Below, in pieces: positions 50,554 to 63,489 of a stretch of DNA of 64,000 bases. Source of the stretch: Phoronis australis. Lineage: Eukaryota > Animalia > Phoronida. The notes under the pieces were generated by a model. That model was given only the letters and a program-made list of their open reading frames with translations, searched no databases and had not been told where the DNA came from. The stretch covers positions 44,033-108,032 of the forward strand of contig NMRA01000013.1 of the NCBI GenBank assembly GCA_002633005.1, written 5' to 3'. The position numbers were made by a program, and so were the translations under genes. How positions within the stretch are numbered: position 1 is the first letter of the stretch; each line of letters opens with the position of its first letter.

Positions 50554-52192
50554 GTAATATCAACTTAACTTTTGGACCGGCAAAGCCAACTTTGATTATT
50601 TCTCTTGGGTCTATCAGACCAGTTTGTCCATGCAGTCCATAAAGTTCATTATTTCAGAAATGGGTGAAAAAACAAAATGATAACCTTATTGTATTAGTAG
50701 ACTGACATCAGAAAACGACATCTGGAATATTCTTCGTTAATTTGTTGAGGAAACTTGATGGCAATTTCATTTTCATTTAATAGCTTAACTCGACCTATTG
50801 CGGACTTGCTTTGAAAAGAGCATTTCCGACCTTAAAATTTATTAATTATAAATGTGAACACGTACCTTGGGAAGAACCGTTTTTGGCATAATAAAACGAT
50901 TTTCGTGGTGGCAAACCTTTCTATAGTGACTTAACCTATAAAGCAGGATCATCTTTGTAAATGATTTGCTTAACGACCAGAATTTATTACTTGTCTTAAG
51001 AGGCGCTGAAAATTAGCTAAAAAAGGACAAGTACCAGCAAGTCTAAGAAATAACGACGTAATTATTTTTATTTCTACAATACTCAGAAAAGATCTTCTGC
51101 TTAGTACAAGACGACTTAAAAACCATATGCCCGCTACTCATGTACCTCCCATAAGAGCCTACCACTAAACCTTAAGACATTTTGTTTATAATTAACACAG
51201 ATTTAATCTGTGTCCCTACTGTACCAGAGACAACGGCGAGAATTGACGAACATAACAAACCACCCAGGATTTTGTTCTATGCTTCCGGTCAAAGCTAAAC
51301 TTCAAGAAGTCCATCCTATCCAACAATATGTACTCCCAAGAATTGGACGTAAAAATAATGTCTCTTAAAATAGAGGATTGGAAACTGACATTACAGGGCT
51401 TTTTGATGTACAGATAAACGATCCCAATCATTTCACTTGAACATAGGCGTAAGTATCAATTATTTAACAATTTATTGCAAGGAATTTCCGACAATGGGCC
51501 CACCCAAAAGTAAGCCCATGGGGGGATTTTCGGAAAATTTTTCACAAAGTAGACTCATGCGCGTATTTTCGGCAACTGTTTGCACGTTTTGAAAATTTGA
51601 TTGATTATTCTGAAATACGTTACAAATGTGCTTTGGTGTATAAATTTTGTTTACACTGGGCGAGGTGACTTTGTAGGTAACTGCAGTAGCACGGCAAGAT
51701 GGACACTTTTAATGACAGTTTCTAAATATACGCCCCCTTTTGTGAAAATACGCCAGGGAGTATTTTCGGTTTCATTTGACGTTTTTGAAAGGTCGTTTCG
51801 TGAATATTTGCCCGTGGCCTTACTTTCGAAAATTCAAGGTATTAAAAGTTGCGCCACACAAACTTTTTTAAAATAAAATTGAAAATGGAACGGACTCTCC
51901 CCACTAAAACTGCTTCCTACATCTGTATATGATGAATTTGTATATGATGAATCGTATTAGTCGAATCAAACATCCCAAATCTAGCTGGAAAAATCCCAGA
52001 GATACAGAACCGATTTCACGGGAGTGGCGGCCTAATTTAATCTTCGCTTTTTGGCACGGCAGCCAATCCGGATGAACAGGCCTACAACAGGGACAGAAGT
52101 TTAGACAATAATATCCATACAATGAAAATAATGTTATTTCAGTGAACGCCATTCCTAACGTTCATAATTACATTTTTTGCATTTCATATTAG

Positions 52193-52500
52193 AGCCACAA
52201 GCTGGTACCACCATACCGAAAGATTTCCAGGCAATTACGCAGCCTCCGAATATAGGAATCAAAAGTGACGTTTCTGGCGTAACACCTCAGCCTCCCCCAC
52301 CTGCGAAGCCCGCAGCAACAATGGGGACAACTGAACTTGACGACGACGATGACGCCAGCGACATGACGAGCGAGGCAGCGAGCGACGTAACAAGCGAGGT
52401 TTCCGATGATGTGAGCCAAACTGAGGCAACCTCAGATGTCACGAGTTTTACCCGGAGCAAAATTGCCAGGACAGAAGTCAGTGCTTCGGAGAGATCATAA
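52193..52500 (+). CDS. SEA-domain membrane protein, exon 8 (cytoplasmic tail)
   Basis: catattag|(E)PQAGTT...PQPPPPAKP...ELDDDDDASDMTSEAASDVTSE...SASERS*; phase 1 fits. Confidence 0.8.
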
Positions 52501-52632
52501 AATTACGAAGGTAAAAGATTAACCCGCCTTTTGGTGCATCGCTTCAGTATAAGCTAATCATGAAAAATACCAATGGGCGCTCTCCTCAATAACAGACACC
52601 ATGAACGCAATGCCTTTTCACGCATCGAAATA

Positions 52633-52988
52633 ACGGGATTTTCTGTAGATAAGCCCATAGGCGTGTATTCGAAAAATGAAAATGTTCAGGCGTTTTAGTA
52701 ATAACAAATAAACGCCCGGGTGTTTACTCGGAAAGGGAGGTGTGTAAACTTAGTCATAGTTTTGCTGACTTGGACATTTTTTACATAAAACTGTTTTTAC
52801 ATTTTAAGTTAAAAATGCCAACACCTTTCTCGTTTATACAAATGATAAATGTTTCATAAAACTGAATTTGTGACAAAATGTTGACTGAATGGACGCCCCA
52901 CTATCTGTACTCTTGACACCAGAAGTTGTAGCACCAAATAACCCCCCTGAGCGTTTCATCGGGTGGGCTTATGTACGGAAAACCCCGG
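52633..52988. mobile_element. Tc1/mariner-pogo-type MITE (TA TSD)
   Basis: TA|ACGGGATTTTCTGTAGATAAGCCCA...TGGGCTTATGTACGGAAAACCCCGG|TA. Confidence 0.65.
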
Positions 52989-55183
52989 TAGTGGTCTTTA
53001 GGACACAACTCTTTATCATGGGTGACGTCTTCAACTTCCAGGGCTTTGAATGACCCATAAAAAGAGGAAAATTTTCCAAGTGATCTACCGTTCTACAACT
53101 AAATTTAACTGCAAGAAATGTTTTTGCATGAATGAGGAGCAGAAAAGATATGAAAGAAATAGGAAATTGTAAATCAAATAAGAAAAAATTGAAACCAAAA
53201 AAGGAAAACCTCTTTTAAAAGAGGAAAATTCCATGCTTAGATCTTCTGCTTGAATCAGCGTATCCGAATTGTGTGACGAATGGCAACAACTACAGCCTAT
53301 GAATACACGTGTTCCTCAGAACAGATCGAATGGGGCATTCAAAATCTAGCTGGGTAAAGTTCAATAGCTGTCTGAAGGCGAGAAAATTTAGCCAAAACCA
53401 CGTGCTCTCATACTGGAAATACCCGGCGATACCTCGCTATATCTTGCTTTTCTAAGGAGGTGCTAGCGTTATTGACCTCTTCCCAGAAATCGCAAGTGAA
53501 ACAAAGGACCATGCCAAGGAAATGGGTGCATTCATGTAAACCAATCGGTGATAAACCACTTTCTGTAGCCTCTGTCAATTCAGTTGTCAAAAAGAAGGAT
53601 ACGTCTAAAGGATACGTGTATTTATTTATTAGCACCACCTAATGAATATGGAGTCTCCCAGTGAGCCCATAAGAGAAAACAGCTGGTGAAAAAAAAAAGT
53701 TCTTAATGAGAAAAAACCTAGTCAGTAAACGAGAAAGACTGGCTACCCTGACCAGTCTATGTCCTCTAACATTTAGGCTAAATTTCAAGATGAATCAAGT
53801 ACACACAAAAACAACCTTAGACCCACGCCCCCCAGGCCACTTTCACGGTCTCAAGCCAAGTGGTAGTGGTATCTACAAAATGACTGCCTGATCCAGAATC
53901 CCAATTTACACCTGCCCATTTTATTTCAGACAGGACAACAGACGACAGGATTTGACAGGGAACCTTCAAAGTTCTCAAGATACTGGAGATGCCTTTACAA
54001 TGTGAATGCAGGTGAATACAAGCAGGAAATATATCTGAAATGTCTAAGTCTCAGCATTCAGGATGGGAGAATTACAACTTATAATTTCAAGTGACTCTTT
54101 GACTGGACATTCTTGATTACTTAAAGCATTTTGCGAGTAAGGTGACATAGGGCAAAGAAAGAAGGCAATTCAATGCCCAATCGATGTCTGACACACATTG
54201 TTCCTTAAATATAGTCATACACTTAATACAAGTATTTCTACGATCATGTATAAAAATCTTCAACAATGAGACTAACTACATGTGATATCCTCATTTTTTA
54301 TCACAACAGAAGGCTCCTAAAACAACATCTACCCTAAAACCAGAAGGAACTGAACCTAACGTCATGTCCTTATACTTCACTATGGTCTTATGTTTGGCTC
54401 ACTTACACTCTGGTGAGATAAAACCTTTAAAAAATTCATTACACATCTTGATTTTTTTGTTTTATTTTGTCTCTTCTTTTTCAAATATTCTCTTGCTCTG
54501 CTTGCCTTGGTACGTATTCTAATAGCATGACACAAGTTAGCTTAAAAATAAATGCTCACATGAAAATTCCCTTCAGGAATAATCTGCCCTTTAGTAGAAT
54601 CCGTACAGCAAGTGGACTACAAGACAGTAAATCTTTAGTCTAAAAGTTCAGACTCTGTTCTACTCGGTAATTAAATTAAAAAACAATAGATTAATGCATG
54701 ATGTCCATGTGCTGTATTCCATAAAAACCAGACACTAGCACAAAAGCCATTATGCTCACGAGGTTAACTCGTAAATGCATGCTTATATCTTGTTGTTGCA
54801 TCTACTGAACAAAGCTTTGCGATGTGTCAATTCAGGGCATTCAACTTGTTAAATCATCACGCGTCAGCATAACAGTAACCCAAATCCCACTAACACAACT
54901 TGTATTTAGCAACACTGACAAGTCTGTGTTTGAAAAGTTAATAGATCATGTTGCATATTGACACCAAGACCAAACACTTAATCGCATCACTGCTCCCCCG
55001 TGTAATATACCATAAACCACAACAGGCTACCAATTTACTGCTGTCCATCTCGGTGGCAAACTCCAACTGACTGAATAAAATACAGAAGAGTGCTGCAAGA
55101 TAAGTTCACTATCTCAGCAAAAACTTTCCCGCTTGAGGTCACAGAAGTTCACACATACAAACTGGGTTGAGCCTAGGGGTCAA

Positions 55184-55363
55184 TCACCTGACTGTTCTGC
55201 GAGGGATTCTATTCTTTTTCCTACTTTTCTGAACACCACTTGGCAACGTCTCATTGGTCAGTCTTCTGTCTAATCGATACAGGTAGCAGCTGAACTTTGA
55301 CACTGGTGCCTTTACTATGTGTATCAAAGTGTCCATATCCAAACTCACATGATGATCCCAAAA
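55184..55363 (-). CDS. DCAF17: DDB1- and CUL4-associated factor 17, last coding exon
   Basis: gttgacag|FWDHHVSLDMDTLIHIVKAPVSKFSCYLYRL...RRTVR*; comparable to human HEVYFDRDLVLHIEQKPNRVFSCYVYQM. Confidence 0.9.
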   Translation of the reverse strand, partial: FWDHHVSLDMDTLIHIVKAPVSKFSCYLYRLDRRLTNETLPSGVQKSRKKNRIPRRTVR

Positions 55364-55965
55364 CTGTCAACAAGTATTGAACAATTAGCTGCTTAACAGA
55401 ATTACTGAAACCATCAACATAAGGTTTTCAAATAACAAATTCGGTTGCTCATTTAACATGCCCGGCATCCCATTTTCAAGCCTTTCATTTGAAATGCTTT
55501 AGGCATTTATGGACCAAACAAATATGGGGTTGAAAATACAATTGGTTGAAAAGCATAAAAAGATCAATATACTCCTTTGAGCAAAAAAAAACAATGACAG
55601 CAACACTTGTTTGCATACAAATTCTCCACATCAAGTCATCTCTTTCCTTTTTATATCTTTACTTCTTTTTACTTCGTGAGTGTAAACGTAATCGCAAAGG
55701 ACAGTGTAAAATAAAGGCACATATTAAGCACTTTTGTCACATGAACCCTTCCACTAGTCAGATTCTTTAGACACAAGTTTTTCGGTATCCAATGAGGAAT
55801 ATGTGCTATGTTACTTAAGTTAGCAATAACATTTCCTGTCCACAACACATATAGTGAACCCGAAAGTGCATGACTAATGATTTGTTACACATGATTTCAC
55901 TGCTTAATGAGAGAAAGACATCACATTTATAAAAAGAGGAGAAATAATTACTCTACAATAAATAC

Positions 55966-56121
55966 CTCATTCCATGACTCCTCCAGAGGTATTTCCAGTT
56001 TTCGAATTCCAGTTTGGTTGTCATGGATATTGACCTTGGCAGACCAGCAGTCTGCATCTTCTGTCACCATGACAACTGACAACAGGTCCAACTCATTCTC
56101 GTAATCCACATTTTGAAGAGT
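55966..56121 (-). CDS. DCAF17: DCAF17 exon
   Basis: TLQNVDYENELDLLSVVMVT...IPLEESWNE; comparable to human TFKIVDYEDELDLLSVVAVT...IPLVESWD. 156 nt. Confidence 0.92.
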
Positions 56122-57670
56122 CTCAAAATAAATAGAAAATCAGATCAAACTTGTTAGAAAAAGAATCATTTCCAACAAGTTCAAAGCCAGTCACAATAAA
56201 AATTTATTTTCGGGAAACCTAGTCAAAGTTAGCTCGAATCAAGTCGCGCCGCAAACAACATTCTCGCTTAGATTCCGAGTCCTAAAAATAGCAAGTGAAA
56301 GTTCCATTTCAAGTCCATCACTCCCACTGAAATCACTCTTCTAACCGAAACGAAATGTTCAACTGTGTAGGGGTGAGCGCTCTTGGTAATGGCGAATTCT
56401 CGCTTCATAACGAGACCTTCAATAAGGGCTGCAACTTGTCGACTACAAGTGACAATGTCAAAACGACAAATACAAGGCAGCAGCCAAAAGAAAGCAAGGT
56501 AAGTAAATGTCATATTTTTGTAACTTAATGAGTTTTATATTTACTATTCTGCATGATTTAGCTTTATTCTGCAAGCCACAAGTTATGTTAACGTTTTTGT
56601 ACCAAAATGTCTAGCTCACAAAATGCCTACATGGCCGGCGTAACCCCGCCATAACCCGGGGATAGGGGGAATCTTTGCTCAATTTTTTTAGGTCAACATA
56701 AATGAAATGCTCGTGAAATGGAAACAAAACCGCAAATGGCGTGTTGTTTTTTCTAAGTCAGACACTTGCTAGTGTTTGGTGTAGCTGTGGTCTCATTACC
56801 CAGTATTTTACTCATCGACACTCCTTAAGTGCATTAGAAAATAGTGTTGGTGTGGTATCATAACTTAAGTAAGTCTCAGTCAAACAGCCTGAGTCAAACA
56901 ATTGCCAGTGTTTTTGCTATATAACTTTGGAATGATAATTTGTTTTTTCTTAAGGCAAACGTCTTTCTTATAGTACGTTATGAAAAGGACCTGTGCATAA
57001 CTTGAAAAATAAAAAGTTCGGTTCGTGTAGCTAATTTTTATCAATATTGCAGGAGGTTGGGAAAAGAGAAAGTATTTGGCTAATAATTTTTGAAAATGGC
57101 TAAAAAAGTTTTCAGACGCTTTTACCATTTAGGTTAATACCTCTAAAAGTCTAGCATGAGACTAGAAAAATAGGGTCATTCACAATCAAAGGACAATATT
57201 AGTAACTTGTTACTTTCACCGAAATCTGTGAGATTTTACAGTTTATTACTGTTATTAAACACTAAATCTAACAAGCCTGTAAAGTCTTGCCACAAAGTAT
57301 TGAGTATCAAAACAAACAAAATAAAATCTGAGAACTACCATAAGGGCAAGTATGCATGACACTTCTTCCTCATTTCTTATATTCACTCATCATTCTTTAT
57401 TTCTTTGTTTTCTGCTTTACACCCCACCAAGAATGGACCTATTCCTGATTGTGAGATGTGACGTTCTAGCACAAGTAGCACATCATATGTATGGAAAACA
57501 TTTTCTAGTTTGGGACACAACATGACTGGCAAATGAAACTTTGTTTTGTCAAATTTCTGCACAAAACAATTTAGCTTGGTTTGTTGCCATGTAACTTTGA
57601 GCAAAAACAGCAACTTTAACAATTACTATGTCCAGCATTAAAGAGTCATTACTCTATTGATGTAACTCAC

Positions 57671-57754
57671 CTGGTATGAGCAATCAGCCAGATCTTGAGT
57701 CGTCCTTCTCTTTACAATACGGCCAGAGGAAGACAGGGTCCAACCTGCATTAAT
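57671..57754 (-). CDS. DCAF17: DCAF17 exon
   Basis: INAGWTLSSSGRIVKRRTTQDLADCSYQ; comparable to LTVTASGRVVKK. Canonical splice sites. Confidence 0.88.
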
Positions 57755-58783
57755 CTGTAAAACACAAATCAAAATGCAATAGCAGCTAGACAGCAGAGCA
57801 CTCGTTATTCCAAACAAGAAGTTCATGGGGTATGCACTACATTCTGGGAACACCCCCCGCTATATGATTCCATGTTTGGCATACAATTTGGCAAAAATGG
57901 GAAAATTGCTTTTAAAGAACATTCTATGAAACATTGATTAACAAATTTCATACTTACGGAGAAGCTATCATGAAATAATACTATTTCACTACAAAAAATA
58001 GTGAAGATGGGAGAGGCAATAAATAAACATATCAGTCAAATAACACAAGAACAGTGTGTTATCAAACTACAGTAGATGAGCGTTCAGGACTGTTGACAAT
58101 TATGTTGTAATGATTCGACAACTTGAGGCAAACATCAAACATTGAATCAAAATTGACTCCAATGCACTACAATTCATTCTGTGAGCTTGTTAAAACTTTG
58201 AAAATACATGTCAGTGAGGCTTAGTCTTCTCAGCTGCACAAAAATTTATCTGGTATGGCATAAACAGGGCGAAGTCGCCTTGGCTGCATGCAAAATTTTG
58301 ACTTGTAGCGAAAAAAAGTTTCTAGGGGCAGACTTAGGCAGTAAACAGAACTGGTTTATTTCTACCTTGTCTCATTTACAACCTGTCGCATCACTGACTA
58401 TGACTCAGTGTGTTTTGAGGGCATGTCGCCACAACATCAGCATTAGAGTGAAGCGAAGCGTGGGCAACTTTTCCCAATCACAGCACTCAAGTTACATCAA
58501 GGAGTATTCGCATAATTATACACTGTGCTCACCACAATGCAAATCACGAGACATTGAAATGTTTTGCAATTTAGACAAGTGTCTGATGCATAGATCATGG
58601 TCACTCTATCATCTGCAAGGAACCTCTCACTGCGCGATTAATTACACTTGGCCATATGACAATCATTTGCTATTAGTACGGATGTACAAAATGCACTGAT
58701 CAATATTTGGATACAGTCACAGCTTCAGAACTAGGAGCATGGATCTGAATAATTATACAACTAGACAGTTTTGTGTCTTCTAC

Positions 58784-58880
58784 CTGGTCATTGGGACAAC
58801 GCCTGGTGTCGTCAGCATTAATAACATACAACTCCTTCAGCTCACTTAGTCCAGTACTACCTTGCACAATCTTCAGCATC
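58784..58880 (-). CDS. DCAF17: DCAF17 exon
   Basis: (R)MLKIVQGSTGLSELKELYVINADDTRRCPNDQ; phases 2 to 0 are consistent. Confidence 0.82.
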
Positions 58881-59892
58881 CTAAATAAGACAGCACTAAC
58901 TTTATGAAAACGCATTAACTTTAATTTATTAATAAGAAGAATTATCTAGTTCGAGACACAGAGATAATTATTTTTATCAAAGTCAAAATTCAAAAATAAG
59001 CAATATAGGCCATTCCAAGTTCATGAATAACAAGGGAGAGGAAGTTTGGATTGGAGTTATAGCTATTTCTGACGATTTTATCTTAGACTTTGTTGATACA
59101 AAATGTTGTGTGCAACAATTGAGAAATATTAATGAACGTCAACATTATCCATGTCGCAATCTTCAGAATCAAGAAAATTCAATTTCTGCTTGAGTTTTAG
59201 TGTACCGAATTTTAAAGACTGTCCCAAACTGGAGAATTGCAATGATACTATCCACTACTACTGAGCAAGTCCCCAACAGTTTGACAGTGTATGATGGAAA
59301 CTATGTTAAAGAATTTGAACCAAATAAAGCATTTATTAGGCGCTAGATGTCATTTGATGAACAAATGAGAGCACTAAACTGCCACATTGTGTACTAAAAT
59401 GGTGAGACTGTAACACAGCTTTATCATAAAATAAAGCAAGGACCACACAGTAGTACAGCCATAATTGTTAATGTCACACATCTTTGATGTGGAAGGAAGA
59501 AAAAGAAGAGTCGTGCATTCCAGTAAAACAAACAAATATTACAATTTTCATCACAATAACAAAAGGTAATGCTTAGAAATGAAAGATTCATGAGGTAAAA
59601 CACATCAACCACGACTGCAAACCAGGCTGAATGTGCATGTCATAGCCATACAGCATTGTGGATCAATAAATTTAAAGTAAATTACACGTCATAAGTCACA
59701 ACTAACCAAACAAAGAGACAACATTGTTACTGTGATGATATCCAGCTATCTGAAGGACACACCTACACCAACACACTGCGGAGCTTTATACAAATTAAAA
59801 TAACAATCAACTTAAGTGTATCTAGTTTATGCAAGATAAACTGAAAAGCATTTTGAGTAACATGGATTGTCTTCATAATCCAATGCCTATAC

Positions 59893-60002
59893 CTGACACT
59901 TGTGGCCGAGATATGCAGAAGTTTCCCGGAGTCATCATCATGGAACAGCAGTTTCTCTGGTTCCACAGTCATGGTGCTTAGGTCGACAACGCCATTCTCA
60001 GC
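59893..60002 (-). CDS. DCAF17: DCAF17 exon
   Basis: AENGVVDLSTMTVEPEKLLFHDDDSGKLLHISATSV; comparable to AKNGIQ...FHPDASGRIIHVGPNQV. Confidence 0.9.
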
Positions 60003-60184
60003 CTGTAGTGAAATGTAGGAGTTGTTACATCACCTTTAGCAAACTTATTATAGCATGCTTCTGACACAGATATTCATAGTACACTCTGGGATTGTCGTCA
60101 GGCCATAATCCTAGTCAGAACACATCATTTACATAACCACCATCAATGGGAAACTCTGTGTTCACTAGGAAGTGAAACAACAAA

Positions 60185-60350
60185 GTGAGAGTGACAGTAT
60201 AGAGGTTTGAGCTCTGGACTCCTGTTTGGGAGACCTGGGTTCAAATCCTAGCTTCACGGACTGACAATCGAGCATTGTTCAAAGATGTCTCCTACTCCTC
60301 TCAGCTCGGTCTTACTAGTGAATGTAGGCCAGGGGGTGAATGAGAACCTG
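60185..60350 (+). mobile_element. Possible tRNA-derived SINE head
   Basis: Box-B GGTTCAAATCC at 60238 after a tRNA-length, box-A-like segment; single copy here and boundaries uncertain. Confidence 0.35.
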
Positions 60351-60829
60351 TTGCAAAAGCGATCTCTGGGGCAGGGCTCATATTTTTTTAGTTACAGTAA
60401 GGAAATGGTCAGGTGGAAAGGGTCCAAATGCCACTCCCCTTTGTGTTCAAGTATATTATGGTTTTTGCCAATGAGAGTCTACTTTAAGTTTGCTTTGAGT
60501 ACAAACTCCTAAGTTCAAACTCAAACTTTCCAACTTTCATGCTCTGGACATCAAGTGCAAACCAGGACAAGACAATCATCTAATATAAACCAATTAAAGT
60601 GTACTTAAGCACAAAATAATCGGCATTTATCTTGAATTCAAACACACATAGAATGGAAAATATCAAAAATAATTTTGAGTTTCATTTCATGTGCGAAAAT
60701 TAAACGTCAAGCCCTGGTCAATTTTTAATTTGTCATTGAACTTAAAGAGACATTAAATAACGCTGAAGAGAGACCTATAACAAAGTGAATGTGACAACAT
60801 GTGACAAAAAGACACTCAACACAACTTAC

Positions 60830-60966
60830 AAGCCGGCCACTGGACACTGCAGCAACATGACGTATTCCATTCTGCCTGAAGGGACACGTGACATAGTGCC
60901 AGGGTATGCCGCCCATCTGCAAGTCATGGTCAGCACAACGCACCTCGAACAACACAGGAGGGCATT
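60830..60966 (-). CDS. DCAF17: DCAF17 exon
   Basis: (E)CPPVLFEVRCADHDLQMGGIPWHYVTCP...; comparable to MPPLLFEVSSLENAFQIGGHPWHYIVTP. Confidence 0.93.
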
Positions 60967-61810
60967 CTGGGACAAAAAAGGAATCAGGCATGAGCTTTTT
61001 GCCCACCCAAGATTCAGGAAAAATAAAGTTTTGGGAAAGTTTCACACAAATTTACTGTTCACAGCAAAAACTGTTAGGACCAAAATGCCCCAATATCTAA
61101 ACATTGATAAGGCTGACTGGCAACTTCTTGGATGCACAGCTGGAGTGCATAATAACACCTTTATAGAGACCGATGCATAGTTGCATCTCACCACCAAGAG
61201 ACTCTCTCGTTTTGTCTTTCACATTATGATTGTGTAGGACTGTATTAACAAGTCAGTGTATTTATAACCAAATATCTACACATTCAAGTAATAAATTATT
61301 TTAACTGTGTAAAACAGCATAATTATTTTCTGAAAGTAGAAAGTTTGTACAATTTGATTTTTATTTTTTTACCAATCTGCCATTAATGGGGTCATGTGAC
61401 CATATATTTTTAGTAAAATTTAGAAAGAAAGTTACATTGAAAACAAAACAATGGTATCAATAACAAAACTAGTTAAAGTTTGTCTGATATAAATGTTTTA
61501 AAGATGAAATTTAAAAAACGACATTACAGTTTTCTAAATTATCATTTCATCTTTTGTTTGTTTTATGCAACTTTTATTTTTTCATGGAAATCCTATTAGC
61601 CCCCTTTTTTATCGCCCCACATGCAAAAGCAAAATATTTCAAAACCAATTCCTAATAGTGTATCAGAGAACACTGCTTAAAGAAAAAATCTTTATAAGCA
61701 AAGCAACTGAAATATTTCGTTATTTGTAACACTACAGTCTACAGCCACGAATCGGGTTTCACACTGAAATGACTATTTTCAACTCAGTAGTGAAAACACA
61801 ACAAACTCAC

Positions 61811-61910
61811 CTTGAAGCCTGATGTTAATAGGTAAGCCACAAGGCTTTGTACCAACTGTCCCATTAAGTTCACTACATTCCTTGAACAACTCAGCGTTGA
61901 ACAACTTGTT
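61811..61910 (-). CDS. DCAF17: DCAF17 exon
   Basis: NKLFNAELFKECSELNGTVGTKPCGLPINIRLQ; comparable to GTVGEAPFGIPCNIKIT. Confidence 0.9.
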
Positions 61911-62618
61911 CTGAAAACGGAACAGCCAAGTAACAGCAATGACTATTAACTAACAACTAAGTGATTCAGTTCGATTTGTTAGCAGTACTGCTTCTTAAAC
62001 AGTACATTTTAGTGATTTTGAACCACATGTTTGATTCGTTCTGTTAACAATTATCTCAACCTACGGCAAGTTGGGGTTAACCTGCAGTTTCTTTGTATCT
62101 ACGCATGAGGTAACATAATTTTTAAGAAATTGTTGCAAGACAATGATAGCAGTCTTACTTAAATCAATCAAATCAATCAATATATAATGTTGCCGCACTT
62201 CTGAGCAAGTTTTGCACGCTTACTTGCTCTACACACATTTCAAAGTAATCACAAGACAGTTCTCAGTAGAAAACAGACAAAAATTGAGTAAGAACTGCTT
62301 AAGCTTTGTACAATCTGAGTAAGAACTTATGGACGATGTCGCATAAAAGGCATAATTATTTTGGCTACAATTACCTTTTTAACAAAGTCCCCAGCCCCTT
62401 TCATCGAGAAGTTAAGACATTTCCAAAGCAAAATTTGGTAACTTAGGTCAGATGAAAGCCCCTCCTTGTTTGTTGTACTTGTACACCAAATTTCCCTCAA
62501 TTGAAACACTCCATTAAACCTAACAGATCAACACAATGTACACACAGTGTGCAAGTCTTCAGTTCTTGGAGTACACTAGCTTTCAGCAATGAGAGCTCAA
62601 TGACTGTCGAGTGTTTAC

Positions 62619-62729
62619 CTGTGAAACAATCAACTCCCAGTTGTACATTCGGACCCAGCCAGTCAGACACATGACGATGAGAAGGCCGTTGTGAGAGATC
62701 ATGGCATCACACACGTTCGTGCCGAAAAC
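62619..62729 (-). CDS. DCAF17: DCAF17 exon
   Basis: VFGTNVCDAMISHNGLLIVMCLTGWVRMYNWELIVSQ; comparable to IFGNVTDATLSHGILIVMYSSGLVRLYSF. Confidence 0.92.
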
Positions 62730-63466
62730 CTACAACGTACGATAGTTACGTCAAATGATATCCACGACTTAATGCAACATGCACGAGTCTGAAAGGATAG
62801 TGGTCTCCTAAATTCTGTTGAGAAAAATAAATTATCTCTCCCCTAGTGAAACTGTCAAAATTTATTCCCTTGATAAAAAACTAAAGTAAAAAAACACATG
62901 ACTCTAACAGAGTAGTTTAAATTTATTTTTTGAGACAAGGTTCATTATAACCGTTTGCAGTAGATAAAAACACACTTTCAGACAACTTGTAATTTTGGCT
63001 TGACCAATTACAGTGAGGACATTGGTCTCAACTTAGTTACTGAAATTAGAGATGATATTTAGGCTTAGAAAGAGATGACAGATCATTTACTTGAGTCAAG
63101 ACTCAAAAAGTTGGCTTGTCAAGGCAGGCCAAAATATGCGCTTAGTTTCAATTAATGTCACTTCTTTCTAATTCAAAAATCACCTCTCAGCTGAGTACAG
63201 AACATGACAAGTCTCGTAGCAACAAGTGGTCTTAATTGAAAGCTCATTTCTTTGACAGAACACAGGTTTGAAGCAACTACTTTAAACCTGGATTATTAAT
63301 ACCTTATCTCGAATACTTCAGTTTGTCTTCTTAATTAAGACATGCGCACAATATATGTTGCGTCTTAATTTCTCGTTTTGCAATACTGGAGAGATTCTGT
63401 ACACAACACGATTTAATGCCAGAAAAACCACGGGTAATGCCAAAGTACCAAAAATAGTGTCTTTAC

Positions 63467-63489
63467 CCTTCTGTCAATCTCGATGGCAC
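63467..63489 (-). CDS. DCAF17: DCAF17 23-nt micro-exon (gene continues beyond window)
   Basis: cattttcag|(G)AIEIDRR|gtaaag; comparable to GILEINKK; in frame with the next exon. Confidence 0.8.
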
